Shown: positions 21,116-30,147, counted from the stretch's first letter. The stretch is DNA of 32,000 nt from Pseudomonas aeruginosa (GCF_001457615.1 NZ_LN831024.1:1860001-1892000), one strand, 5' to 3'. The notes: generated by a model not told the origin, from the letters alone. A program made the numbers and translations.

Positions 21116-21433
21116 ATGAAAAGGCTTTGCTGTTTCGCACTATCGCTGCTGCCCCTGTCCGCTTTCGCCTATCCGATCGAGGTCGACCCGCAACTCAACG
21201 GCACCGAGGTCTCCTACAGCACCCAGGACATCGGGCGCGACATGGGCGCGATCCTTCTCACCAACCTGGGAGGCCAGGCGGCAGAGTGCACGGCGGTGTT
21301 CCGCAACGGCCCGGAGACCCCGAAAGTGCGCAAGGGCGTGATCCAGCCCGGGCAGAACAGCAACTTCACCGCGCAGTTCGGCCGCGACATCATCAAGTTG
21401 CGGATCAAGCTGACCTGCAAGATCGCGAAATAG
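21116..21433 (+). CDS. Small secreted/periplasmic conserved hypothetical protein
   Basis: 105 aa with N-terminal signal MKRLCCFALSLLPLSAFA; ATG with upstream ggagt; divergent from the LysR gene. Confidence 0.8.
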   Translation: MKRLCCFALSLLPLSAFAYPIEVDPQLNGTEVSYSTQDIGRDMGAILLTNLGGQAAECTAVFRNGPETPKVRKGVIQPGQNSNFTAQFGRDIIKLRIKLTCKIAK

Positions 21434-21514
21434 AGCGTTCTCTCACCGAAAGACTAGGTGGTGCCTGTTTATAAATCAACCTGGTCGATATTTAACAGCG
21501 GTTTTTTCAACTTT

Positions 21515-21526
21515 TTAATCGATTAA
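21515..21526. promoter_or_regulatory. AT-rich promoter region with 12-bp palindrome upstream of azoR3
   Basis: TTAATCGATTAA lies inside a markedly AT-rich stretch (about 21468-21535), in contrast to the GC-rich surroundings. Confidence 0.45.
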
Positions 21527-21579
21527 TCATTCTCTACCCTCACCTCCATCGTTGTAGCGCAGTGGGTGGAGGTCGAGTC

Positions 21580-22221
21580 ATGTCCCGTGTCCTGGTTATC
21601 GAGAGCAGTGCCCGCCAACGGGGCTCGGTTTCCCGCCTGCTGACGGCGGAATTCATCTCCCACTGGAAAATCGCGCATCCCGCTGATCGCTTCCAGGTTC
21701 GCGACCTGGCGCGCGAGCCGCTGCCGCACCTCGATGAATTATTGCTGGGAGCCTGGACCACCCCCTGTGATGGCCATAGCGCTGCGGAAAGGCGCGCCCT
21801 CGAGCGTTCCAATCGCCTGACCGAGGAGTTGCGGATGGCGGACGTGCTGGTGCTGGCGGCACCGATGTACAACTTCGCCATTCCCAGCAGCCTGAAGAGC
21901 TGGTTCGACCATGTGCTGCGCGCCGGCCTGACCTTCCGTTACGCCGAGCAGGGGCCGGAAGGCCTGCTACAGGGCAAGCGCGCCTTCGTTCTCACCGCCC
22001 GCGGCGGGATCTACGCCGGCGGTGGTCTCGATCACCAGGAACCCTATCTGCGCCAGGTGCTGGGCTTCGTCGGCATCCACGACGTCACCTTCATCCACGC
22101 GGAGGGCATGAACATGGGCCCGGAATTCCGTGAGAAAGGCCTGGCGCGAGCCCGTGAGCGGATGCGGCAGGCGCTGGAAACCGACACCTCCCTTTGCGTC
22201 CCTCTGCCAACGCTCCGGTGA
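21580..22221 (+). CDS. azoR3: FMN-dependent NADH-azoreductase
   Basis: 213 aa from MSRVLVIESSARQRGSVSRLL; AAPMYNFAIPSSLKSWFDHVLRAGLTFRY and LTARGGIYAGG flavodoxin-like azoreductase motifs. Confidence 0.9.
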   Translation: MSRVLVIESSARQRGSVSRLLTAEFISHWKIAHPADRFQVRDLAREPLPHLDELLLGAWTTPCDGHSAAERRALERSNRLTEELRMADVLVLAAPMYNFAIPSSLKSWFDHVLRAGLTFRYAEQGPEGLLQGKRAFVLTARGGIYAGGGLDHQEPYLRQVLGFVGIHDVTFIHAEGMNMGPEFREKGLARARERMRQALETDTSLCVPLPTLR

Positions 22222-22232
22222 TTGGACGCAGC

Positions 22233-22276
22233 ACCCGGTCGAACCCCTTCCCCCGCGTGTTCGACCGGGTTTTTTT
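22233..22276 (+). terminator. Strong intrinsic terminator after azoR3
   Basis: 12-bp perfect stem ACCCGGTCGAAC...GTTCGACCGGGT followed by TTTTTT. Confidence 0.93.
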
Positions 22277-22324
22277 ATTCCCTGCGGACTTTCGATGGTT
22301 GCCGGTGTGACGGCCGGGGCGGAT

Positions 22325-23224
22325 TCAGGCGCGCTCGGGATCGCCTCGTTCGTCGCCGACTGCGGTTTTCCTGCCCCGTGCACCGAGGCGCGCCGACAGC
22401 ACGATGGCGAGGATGATCAGGGCACCGCCGAGGAACATCCGCGGCCCCGGCGTCTCATGGAACAGCAGCCAGGCGAAGGCGATCCCGTAGACCGGCTCCA
22501 GGGCGAATACCAGCGCCGCGGTGCGGGCCTTGACCACCGCCAGGCTGGCCACGAACAGGCTGTGCGCCAGGCCGGTGCAGAAGACGCCCAGCAGGGCCAG
22601 CCAGAGCCAGTCGAGAGCGGGTAGCGCCGGTAGTTCGCCGACCGCGAATGGCAGCAGGCACAGGGCGACTACCAGGTTCTGCCAGAGCGCCGCCTGCACC
22701 GGGCCGACCTGCCCGCTGTTGCTACGGTTGGCCAGCGACAGCAGGGCGAACAGCAGGCCGGAAAGGATCGCCCAGAGCAGGCCGAGGGTGGCGCCGCTGG
22801 CGAGGTCGAAGTTCGGCGTGACCAGCACCAGGCCAAGGCTGACCAGGACCACCAGCAGTCCTTCCGCGAGATGAATGCGCTCGCGGAAGAGCAGCCCTTC
22901 GAGGATTACCGTGAAGGCCGGGAAGCTGGCGAAGCCGAGGGTGGCGATGGCCACGCCGGCGGTCTTCACGGCGATGAAGAAACTCACCCAGTGGCCGGCC
23001 AGGAGCAGGCCGCAGAGCGCCAGGCGCAGCCATTGCGCGGGTCCCAGGGCGCGCCAGGCCTGGCCCGCGAGGCGGGCGAAGAGGCCGAGGGCGAGCACCG
23101 CGAACAGCGCACGACCGAACACGATCACCCCGGGGGAGGCGCTGGCCAGCTTGCCGAACACCCCGGTCAGGCCGAAGAGGAGGGCGCCGCCGTGCAGGGC
23201 GGCGAGGGCGGAACGTCGATTCAT
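22325..23224 (-). CDS. EamA/DMT-superfamily transporter
   Basis: 299 aa; ten hydrophobic segments, GLTGVFGKLASASPGVIVFGRALFA and ALVFALEPVYGIAFAWLLFHETPGPRMFLGGALIILA. Confidence 0.9.
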   Translation of the reverse strand: MNRRSALAALHGGALLFGLTGVFGKLASASPGVIVFGRALFAVLALGLFARLAGQAWRALGPAQWLRLALCGLLLAGHWVSFFIAVKTAGVAIATLGFASFPAFTVILEGLLFRERIHLAEGLLVVLVSLGLVLVTPNFDLASGATLGLLWAILSGLLFALLSLANRSNSGQVGPVQAALWQNLVVALCLLPFAVGELPALPALDWLWLALLGVFCTGLAHSLFVASLAVVKARTAALVFALEPVYGIAFAWLLFHETPGPRMFLGGALIILAIVLSARLGARGRKTAVGDERGDPERA

Positions 23225-23233
23225 GGGGATCCT

Positions 23234-23569
23234 TCAGGCCAGGCGCGCACCGTTGGGCAGGGGCTTGTCGAAGCCGGCCAGGACCACCTTGTCCTCGCTA
23301 TCGTAGACCCCGGTGACCAGGACCTCCGAGCGCACCCCGGCGATCTGCTTCGGAGCGAAGTTGCAGACGCAGAGGACCTGGCGTCCGACCAGTTGCTCGG
23401 CCTGGTAGTGTGCGGTCAGTTGCGCGCTGGAGGTGCGCAGGCCGAGCGGTCCGAGGTCGACCTCGAGGACATAGGCGGGTTTGCGTGCCTTGGGGTTGGG
23501 AGCGGCGCTGAGGATGGTGCCGACGCGCAGTTCGACGCGTTCGAAATCCTGCCATTCGATGATGTCCAT
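23234..23569 (-). CDS. csaA: CsaA-like tRNA-binding domain protein (export-related chaperone CsaA)
   Basis: 111 aa: DFERVELRVGTILSAAPNPKARKPAYVLEVDLGPLGLRTSSAQLTAHYQAEQLVGRQVLCVCNFAPKQIAGVRSEVLVTG. Confidence 0.92.
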   Translation of the reverse strand: MDIIEWQDFERVELRVGTILSAAPNPKARKPAYVLEVDLGPLGLRTSSAQLTAHYQAEQLVGRQVLCVCNFAPKQIAGVRSEVLVTGVYDSEDKVVLAGFDKPLPNGARLA

Positions 23570-23633
23570 GCTGACTCCTGTTCTGTCGATGGGCAGAGAG
23601 TAAGGAGTCGTGACGGATTTGTCTGTCGTGCGG

Positions 23634-24398
23634 CTAGCCGGTTTTGTCGCGGGACTCGCGACGCAGTTGTCGCGGGGTGACGCCGAACTCGCGGACCAGC
23701 GCTGCGGTGAAGGCGCTCTGCGAGGCGTAGCCGACCCGGGCGGCGATCTCGCCCACCGCCAGGCTGCTCTCCAGCAACAGTTCGTGGGCCTGGTGCAGGC
23801 GTCGGCTGCGCGCGTAGTCCATGGGCGTCTGTCCGGTCTCGGCGAGGAACAGGCTGTGGAAGCGCGCCACCGAAAGACCGGCCAGCCGCGCCAGGTCGGC
23901 TACCTGTAGCGGATGGGCGGCATGGCGGTCGAGGTAGGCGTCGAGGCTGGCCAGTGGCAGGCGGGGCTGCTGGCGCGGCGGCTGGCGCTCGCTGGCCAGG
24001 CTGGCGAGGAGCAGGCCGGCGCCCTGGTGGGCGATCACCGGGTCGTTGATCGGGCCGCTGGCCAGCCAGTTCACCAGTTGGCCCTGGGCGGGCGTCAGCG
24101 ACAGCGCCTGCGGTCGCTCGAACAGCCGCCGACCGGCTTCGGCGTGTTCGCCCAGGCCCAGCAGCAGGCTGCCGTCGCAGGGCAGGTCGAGGACCAGGCA
24201 GCGGCTGCCGGCGGGACTCGAGCAGGCATGCCGGGCTTGCGCCGGCACCACCGCGAAGGTCTGCCGCAACACGCGGCTGCCGCGCCCCTCGACCTCGAAG
24301 TCGAGGCAGCCGCTGAGGCCCAGGACCAATTGGGCATGGTCATGGCTGTGGACGATCTGGTCGTGGCTGTAGTGGCGCAGGGAAAGGATCGAACCCAT
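23634..24398 (-). CDS. AraC-family transcriptional regulator
   Basis: 254 aa; cupin sensor (HSHDHAQLVLGLSG) and C-terminal HTH (VGEIAARVGYASQSAFTAALVREFGVTPRQLRRE). Confidence 0.93.
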   Translation of the reverse strand: MGSILSLRHYSHDQIVHSHDHAQLVLGLSGCLDFEVEGRGSRVLRQTFAVVPAQARHACSSPAGSRCLVLDLPCDGSLLLGLGEHAEAGRRLFERPQALSLTPAQGQLVNWLASGPINDPVIAHQGAGLLLASLASERQPPRQQPRLPLASLDAYLDRHAAHPLQVADLARLAGLSVARFHSLFLAETGQTPMDYARSRRLHQAHELLLESSLAVGEIAARVGYASQSAFTAALVREFGVTPRQLRRESRDKTG

Positions 24399-24461
24399 GG
24401 CGAAGCTCCCGGAGGCAGGCGCCCAGTCTACCCGCTGGCGCCGGCGACAGACAGTCGCGCC

Positions 24462-24501
24462 CTGTCACGCAACGGTCGCCGGCCTGTCACAGTCGTTTCA
24501 C
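24462..24501 (+). promoter_or_regulatory. Tandem Pho-box-like array (candidate PhoB sites)
   Basis: Four 7-mers at 11-bp steps: CTGTCAC-gcaa-CGGTCGC-cggc-CTGTCAC-agtc-GTTTCAC, followed 10 bp later by a -10-like CAAGAT (24512-24517). Confidence 0.8.
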
Positions 24502-24544
24502 CGGCGCCGTCCAAGATCGGAAAAACACCGTCGGAGACCCGCCG

Positions 24545-25357
24545 ATGAGCACCGCGCAACGCTTCACCTCGAACCGCAAGCAGCGGGTTCGGACCCTGTG
24601 GATCTCGGATGTCCACCTGGGGACGCGGGATTGCCAGGCCGAACACCTGGCGGCGTTCCTCAAGCGCTACCACGCCGATCGCATCTACCTGGTGGGCGAC
24701 ATCATCGACGGCTGGAAGCTGCGCGGCGGCATCTACTGGCCGCAGGCGCACACCAACGTGATCCGCCGCCTGCTCACCCTGAGCAAGCGCGGCACCGAGG
24801 TGATCTACGTCACCGGCAACCATGACGAATTCCTGCGCCGCTATTCGAGCCTGATCCTCGGCAACATCCGCCTGGTCGACGAGGCGGTGCACAGTACCGC
24901 CGACGGCCGCAAGCTGCTGGTGATACACGGCGACCAGTTCGACGTGATCACCCGCTACCACCGCTGGCTGGCGTTCCTCGGCGACTCCGCCTACGAGTTC
25001 ACCCTGCTCCTCAACCGTTGGCTGAACCACTGGCGGCGGCGCTGGGGCTACGGCTACTGGTCGCTGTCGGCGTACCTCAAGCACAAGGTCAAGACCGCGG
25101 TGAACTTCATCAGCGACTTCGAGGAAGCCATCGCCCACGAGTGTCACAAGCGCGGGCTCGACGGGGTGGTCTGCGGGCACATCCACCATGCCGAGATCCG
25201 CCGCATCGAGGGCGTCGACTACCTCAACTGCGGCGACTGGGTAGAATCCTGCACGGCGCTGATCGAACACTGGGACGGCAGCATCCAGCTCTACCGCCTG
25301 GCCGAGGAGCAGGCGCGGCTGGCGGCGCAGGCCGCGGCGGTCGAGCCGGCGGCATGA
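24545..25357 (+). CDS. plcP: Calcineurin-like metallophosphoesterase (UDP-2,3-diacylglucosamine pyrophosphatase-like; PlcP-type phospholipase C of lipid remodelling)
   Basis: 270 aa; LWISDVHLGTRDC, YLVGDIIDGWKL, VTGNHDEFLRR, GHIHHAE metallophosphoesterase motifs; paired with the downstream GT. Confidence 0.85.
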   Translation: MSTAQRFTSNRKQRVRTLWISDVHLGTRDCQAEHLAAFLKRYHADRIYLVGDIIDGWKLRGGIYWPQAHTNVIRRLLTLSKRGTEVIYVTGNHDEFLRRYSSLILGNIRLVDEAVHSTADGRKLLVIHGDQFDVITRYHRWLAFLGDSAYEFTLLLNRWLNHWRRRWGYGYWSLSAYLKHKVKTAVNFISDFEEAIAHECHKRGLDGVVCGHIHHAEIRRIEGVDYLNCGDWVESCTALIEHWDGSIQLYRLAEEQARLAAQAAAVEPAA

Positions 25358-26409
25358 GGCTATTGATTGTCAGCGACGCCTGGTTACCGCAAGTCAACGG
25401 AGTCGTCACCAGCCTGCTGGCCCTGCAGCGCGAGCTGGAACTGCTGGGCCACCAGGTACGGGTGCTGTCGCCCGCCGACTTCCGCTGCCTGCCCTGTCCC
25501 AGCTATCCGGAAATCCCCCTGGCCTGGAACCTCTGGCGCCTCGGCGGGTTGATCGAGGCCTTCGCCCCGGATGCCGTGCACCTGGCCACCGAGGGGCCGC
25601 TCGGCTGGGCCGCGCGGCGCTGGCTGGGCAAGCGCGGCCTGGACTTCACCTCGGCGATCCATACGCGCTTTCCCGAATACCTGCGTGACCGCTGTCCGTG
25701 GCTGCCGTTGTCCTGGGGCTATGCCTTCCTGCGCACCTTCCATCGGCCGAGCCGGGCGGTGCTGGTGAGCACCCCGCGCCTGCGCGACGAGTTCTGCGCC
25801 TGGCGCTTCCAGCACCTGCGGCTGTGGCGCAAGGGCGTCGATACCGAACTGTTCCATCCCGCCGAGACACCTCCGGCGAAAGAGCGGCCGCCGGTGTTCC
25901 TGTATGTCGGGCGGCTGGCGACGGAAAAGAACCTGGAGGCGTTCCTCGATCTCGAACTGCCGGGCGAAAAATGGCTGGTGGGCGACGGCCCGCAGCGGGC
26001 GGCGCTGGAGCAGCGCTATCCACAGGCGCGTTTTCTCGGCTACCGCCATGGCCGCGCGCTGGCCGACGCCTACCGGGCGGCCTCGGTGCTGGTGTTCCCC
26101 TCGCTGACCGATACCTATGGCCTGGTGATGCTCGAAGCCCTGGCCTGTGGCGTGCCGGTGGCGGCCTTCGCCGTGCCGGGGCCGCTGGATGTATTGCAGC
26201 AGGGCGTGACCGGGGTCATGCACGAGGATCTTGGCGAAGCCTGCCGCCAGGCGCTGGCGCTGGATCGCCAGGCCTGCGGGCGCTGGGCGCGGGAGCAGTC
26301 CTGGCGGGTTTCGGCGGAGGAGTTCCTGGCGCTGCAGGCGAGCGGCCCGCGGACTGCGCCGGAATGGCGCGACGAACTGCCGGCGGCGTTCGACGAACTT
26401 AGAGGATGA
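25354..26409 (+). CDS. agt1: GT4-family glycosyltransferase (lipid-remodelling Agt-type)
   Basis: 351 aa from MRLLIVSDAWLPQVNGVVTSLLALQRELELLGHQV; FVYVGRLATEKNLEAF...FPSLTDTYGLVMLEALACGVPVAAF; ATGA overlap with the upstream phosphoesterase gene. Confidence 0.88.
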   Translation: MRLLIVSDAWLPQVNGVVTSLLALQRELELLGHQVRVLSPADFRCLPCPSYPEIPLAWNLWRLGGLIEAFAPDAVHLATEGPLGWAARRWLGKRGLDFTSAIHTRFPEYLRDRCPWLPLSWGYAFLRTFHRPSRAVLVSTPRLRDEFCAWRFQHLRLWRKGVDTELFHPAETPPAKERPPVFLYVGRLATEKNLEAFLDLELPGEKWLVGDGPQRAALEQRYPQARFLGYRHGRALADAYRAASVLVFPSLTDTYGLVMLEALACGVPVAAFAVPGPLDVLQQGVTGVMHEDLGEACRQALALDRQACGRWAREQSWRVSAEEFLALQASGPRTAPEWRDELPAAFDELRG

Positions 26410-27790
26410 CCTTGTCGCGCAGGCGTTCGGCGGCCTGTTGCAGGGCCTGGATGACCCGTTCCTTGTCGTAGTTCTGGATGTTGTTGGTGTCCAGGTACAT
26501 GGAGAAGCCGGGCAATTCGTGCTCGACGTAGCTGGGCGCGGCGCCGAGGTCGCGGCGCGAGTCCACCACCTGGTAGATCTGCACCGGGCGGCTGAAGCCC
26601 TTGACCGCGATCTGGCCCTTGTCGCGGCACATGATCACGTCCTTGATCAGCGAGTAGGTCTCGTGGGAAATGAGGATTTCGCCGGCTTCCGAGGCGCTTT
26701 CCAGGCGGCTGGCGAGGTTCACCTCGCGGCCGATGATGGTGTAGTCCATGCGCGTGTCGGCGCCGAAGTTGCCCACCGTGCAATAGCCGGTGTTGATGCC
26801 CATGCGGATTTCCAGCGGCTTGGTGATGCCCTGGGCCCGCCACTGCTGGCGTAGCACCTTCATGTGCTTGCGCATGGCGATGCCCATCGATACCGCAGCC
26901 ACGGCGTCCTTCTTCGCGCCCTGGGTGCTGGGGTCGCCGAAGAACACCATGACGCAGTCGCCGACGAACTTGTCGATGGTGCCGCCGTACTTGAGGGCGA
27001 TCTTCGACATTTCGTTGAGGTAGTTGTTGAGCAGGTCGGTCAGGGCCTCGGCTTCCAGTTCCTCGGATAGCTCGGTGAAGCCGCGGATGTCGGAGAAGAA
27101 CACGGTGAGCTTCTTGCGCTGGGTTTCCAGGCGCACGCTCTTCTTGCCGCTGAAGATCATTTCCCAGACCTGCGGCGACAGGTACTTGGCCAGGTTGCGC
27201 GCGAGCCGCGCGGCCTTTTCCTGCTCGCGGGCGATCTCCTGGCGCACCTGGGCCAGGCGCAGGCCCTGCTGGTGGCCGAAGAAGGCGGTGATGCAGATGT
27301 ACAGTCCGCAGAACAGGATGCTGACCGCGGCCACCTCGACCGGGGTATTGCCCAGCAGCGGCGGGGCGACGAGCACGGCGACCAGCAGGGCGCTGCTGGC
27401 CGATACCAGCAAGGCCATGCCGAGCAGGCGCAGGCCGCCGATGACCAGCGCGGTGAAGCTCAGCACCAGCAGGAACATCAGGCTGGGCACCACGGAGAAG
27501 CCGAGCAGCGCCATGCCCAGGCCACAGTGCACGGCGTCGACCGCGAGCAGGGCGCGGGTCACCTTGCGCGGGTCGTGCTGGCGGAAGCGCTGGCCGAGGT
27601 GGTACGCCAGGTGCGGGTAGAGCAGCGCATAGGGCACCATCCAGAGGATGCCGTAGCTGAAATACTGGGTGTAGGTTCCCGCCGCGATGCTGGCGCCACA
27701 GGCGATATAGGCCAGCACGCGCGAATAGTATTCACGCATGGACGCGACGGACCGGCTCGTCGGCGAGCGGTCGGGGAGGGTAGGCTTCAT
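26399..27790 (-). CDS. cyaB: Membrane-bound class III adenylate cyclase (MASE2-type N-terminus)
   Basis: 463 aa from MKPTLPDRSPTSRSVASMREYYSRVLAYIACG; cyclase domain LTVFFSDIRGFTELSE...GTIDKFVGDCVMVFFGDP...RMGINTGYCTVGNFG. Confidence 0.93.
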   Translation of the reverse strand: MKPTLPDRSPTSRSVASMREYYSRVLAYIACGASIAAGTYTQYFSYGILWMVPYALLYPHLAYHLGQRFRQHDPRKVTRALLAVDAVHCGLGMALLGFSVVPSLMFLLVLSFTALVIGGLRLLGMALLVSASSALLVAVLVAPPLLGNTPVEVAAVSILFCGLYICITAFFGHQQGLRLAQVRQEIAREQEKAARLARNLAKYLSPQVWEMIFSGKKSVRLETQRKKLTVFFSDIRGFTELSEELEAEALTDLLNNYLNEMSKIALKYGGTIDKFVGDCVMVFFGDPSTQGAKKDAVAAVSMGIAMRKHMKVLRQQWRAQGITKPLEIRMGINTGYCTVGNFGADTRMDYTIIGREVNLASRLESASEAGEILISHETYSLIKDVIMCRDKGQIAVKGFSRPVQIYQVVDSRRDLGAAPSYVEHELPGFSMYLDTNNIQNYDKERVIQALQQAAERLRDKVIL

Positions 27791-28006
27791 GCGCTGGAGA
27801 GGATCCCTGTGTATTTTCGTCCCGGCTCGGCCTCGTGAGCTTTCCGCCTGGGGAATGGCGGGTGGCCAGGTTGCTGGCGGAATCTTAACCAAGCGTTTGC
27901 GCGGCGGCCAGTGACAGCTGATCGATAGTTCAGGAAAGCGCGCCGATCCGGGACCGACGGTCGTCCCGGGGGAGCGACCGGCCCGGGGGCCAGCCGCGCG
28001 GATGGG

Positions 28007-28324
28007 TCAGAAGCGGATGCGGCCGGTGAAAGCGTCCTTGAGCATCACCCAGTCGCCCATGAACGACCACAGCGGGTACTTGAAGGTGGCCGGGCGGTTC
28101 TTCTCGAAGACGAAGTGGCCGACCCAGGCGAAGCCGTAGCCCACCAGCGGCAGCGCCAGCAGCCATAGCCACTGCTGGCTGGCCACGGCGTGGAAGAGCA
28201 CCGCCAGCACCAGCAGGCTGCCGACGTAGTGCAGGCGGCGGCACACCGCGTTGCTGTGTTCCTGCAGGTAGTAGGGGTAGAACTCGGCGAAACTGTGGAA
28301 ACGCTCGTCATCAGGGCTGCTCAT
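28007..28324 (-). CDS. DUF962/Mpo1-like small membrane protein
   Basis: 105 aa: FHSFAEFYPYYLQEHSNAVCRRLHYVGSLLVLAVL...GYGFAWVGHFVFEKNRPATFKYPLWSFMGDWVMLKDAFTG. Confidence 0.9.
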   Translation of the reverse strand: MSSPDDERFHSFAEFYPYYLQEHSNAVCRRLHYVGSLLVLAVLFHAVASQQWLWLLALPLVGYGFAWVGHFVFEKNRPATFKYPLWSFMGDWVMLKDAFTGRIRF

Positions 28325-28466
28325 GGAATGCCTCCTCTCGTTGTGTCCGCGCAGTGTAGTGCGGGCCGCACGATGTCGCGGATGACATACAGGGCCAGTT
28401 TAGTATCCTTGGGCCGCCAGGCCGGACGACGGTCGGCGTGCCTCCCGCCAGAACAAGAAGAGACCG

Positions 28467-29480
28467 ATGCCGGAACGTACAACCTTGTCCAGCTGGGTCC
28501 AGGGCATCGTCCTCGCCCTGGAGCTGGAAGGCCTAGACGGACGCCAGCTGTTCGCCGAGCTGGGCCTCGACTACCAGGCCTTGCAGGACCCCGACGCGCG
28601 CTTCCCGCAGGACGCCATGAGCCGTCTGTGGCAGCGTGCGGTGGCGCTCAGCGGCAACCCGGCGATCGCCCTGAACATCGCCCGGGTCCGGCGCCCGGCT
28701 TTCCACGTCGTCGGCTATGCGCTGATGTCGAGCCGCAACCTGGCGGAAGGCTTCGCGCGCCTGGAGCGCTACCAGCGGATCATCGCGGAAGCGTCCGACC
28801 TGACTTTCCGCCGCACGCCGCAGGGCTATCGAATCGGCGTCACGGTGCATGGCGATCGCCTGCCGGCGCCACCGCAGAGTGCCGAATGCTCGCTGGCCTA
28901 CCTGGTGGACATGGTCCGCTGGATCACCGGCCGGTCGCTGGACCCGCTGGCGGTGGAACTGCCCGGCGCGCCCCGCGAGCCGCTGGCACCCTATGTCGAG
29001 CTGTTCCGCGCGCCGCTGCGCTTTCACGCCGAGGAGTTCGCGCTGGTGTTTTCCCGCGTCGACCTCGAGACGCCGCTACCCTCGGCCAACGAGGCGCTGG
29101 CCCAGTTGCACGATCGCTTCGCCGGCGAATACCTGGCGCGTTTCAGTACCAGCCGCATTACCCATCTGACCCGGCAGACCTTGTGCCGGCTGCTGCCGCA
29201 GGGAGAACCCAAGCGCGAACGGGTGGCCCAGGCGCTGCACCTGTCGCAGCGCACCTTGCAACGGCGCCTCCAGGAAGAAGGCACCAGCTACCAGCAACTG
29301 CTCGACGACACGCGCCGGGATATGGCCGAACAGTATCTCCAGCAGCCCGGCCTGACCTTGCTGGAAGTCGCCTACCTGCTGGGTTTCGCCGATCCGAGCA
29401 ATTTCTTCCGGGCATTCCGCCGCTGGTTCGGCTGCACGCCCAACGAATACCGGGCGCGCCGCCAGGAGCGCCCGGGCTAG
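28467..29480 (+). CDS. AraC-family transcriptional regulator (OruR/ArgR-like arrangement)
   Basis: 337 aa; C-terminal HTH RVAQALHLSQRTLQRRLQEEGTSYQQLLDDTRRDMAEQYL...LGFADPSNFFRAFRRWFGCTPNEYR. Confidence 0.93.
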   Translation: MPERTTLSSWVQGIVLALELEGLDGRQLFAELGLDYQALQDPDARFPQDAMSRLWQRAVALSGNPAIALNIARVRRPAFHVVGYALMSSRNLAEGFARLERYQRIIAEASDLTFRRTPQGYRIGVTVHGDRLPAPPQSAECSLAYLVDMVRWITGRSLDPLAVELPGAPREPLAPYVELFRAPLRFHAEEFALVFSRVDLETPLPSANEALAQLHDRFAGEYLARFSTSRITHLTRQTLCRLLPQGEPKRERVAQALHLSQRTLQRRLQEEGTSYQQLLDDTRRDMAEQYLQQPGLTLLEVAYLLGFADPSNFFRAFRRWFGCTPNEYRARRQERPG

Positions 29481-29502
29481 TCGCCAGGCCAGGCGGGACG
29501 CT

Positions 29503-30147
29503 TCAGGGCTGCACGGCGGGTTGCGCCGAGGCCTGGCGTAGGGTCCAGTCGAGAACCTGGGCCGACAGCGTATCGCCGGCCTTGCCGAAGGCGCTGACCA
29601 CCGCCGCGACCTTCTTGCCATCCACCGGCTGGCTGACCTCGAAACGCCGGCTGGCGACCACGCGCTTGTCGTCGGTACGCACCAGGCGCGCGTCGTAGCG
29701 GATCAGCGCGCTGGCCTGGCCGTTCGGGTACTCGGTCTGGAAGGCGCGAAGGTCGCCGCCCAGTTCGAAATCGGCCTGCAGGTTGCTGTCGTCGCTGCTC
29801 AGGCCGCGGACCCGGCCGTCGGCCTGGAACGCCTGCATCAGACGATCGCGCAGCAGCGACGGCGCCGGATCGCTCCAGCGCGCGCCCTGGTACACGCTGA
29901 TTTCGTCGCCGTGCGGGCGCACCGCGATGCGCGGGCTCTCCAGCACCAGGCTGGTACGCGGCCGGGCGATCCGCAGCGACCAGTCGACCGGCCGCGCGGC
30001 GGCGCTGGCCGGAGGGTTGTGCACCGGTAGCAGGTAGACCTGGAGGACCTGCGCCTCCGGCAGGATCGAGCAGGCGCCGAGGGTGGCGAGCGCGGCCAGG
30101 CCGGCGGCCAGGGACAGGCGACGCAGCGGGCGAAGGGCGAGCCTCAT
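29503..30147 (-). CDS. ABC-type transport auxiliary lipoprotein (PqiC/MCE-associated)
   Basis: 214 aa from MRLALRPLRRLSLAAGLAALATLGACSILPE (lipobox LGAC); C-terminal QPVDGKKVAAVVSAFGKAGDTLSAQVLDWTLRQ. Confidence 0.87.
   Translation of the reverse strand: MRLALRPLRRLSLAAGLAALATLGACSILPEAQVLQVYLLPVHNPPASAAARPVDWSLRIARPRTSLVLESPRIAVRPHGDEISVYQGARWSDPAPSLLRDRLMQAFQADGRVRGLSSDDSNLQADFELGGDLRAFQTEYPNGQASALIRYDARLVRTDDKRVVASRRFEVSQPVDGKKVAAVVSAFGKAGDTLSAQVLDWTLRQASAQPAVQP

Noticed and set aside
28190-29698. 502-aa plus-strand ORF
   Set aside because: Out-of-frame reading of the AraC-family regulator region; the 337-aa frame carries the HTH motif and is preferred.
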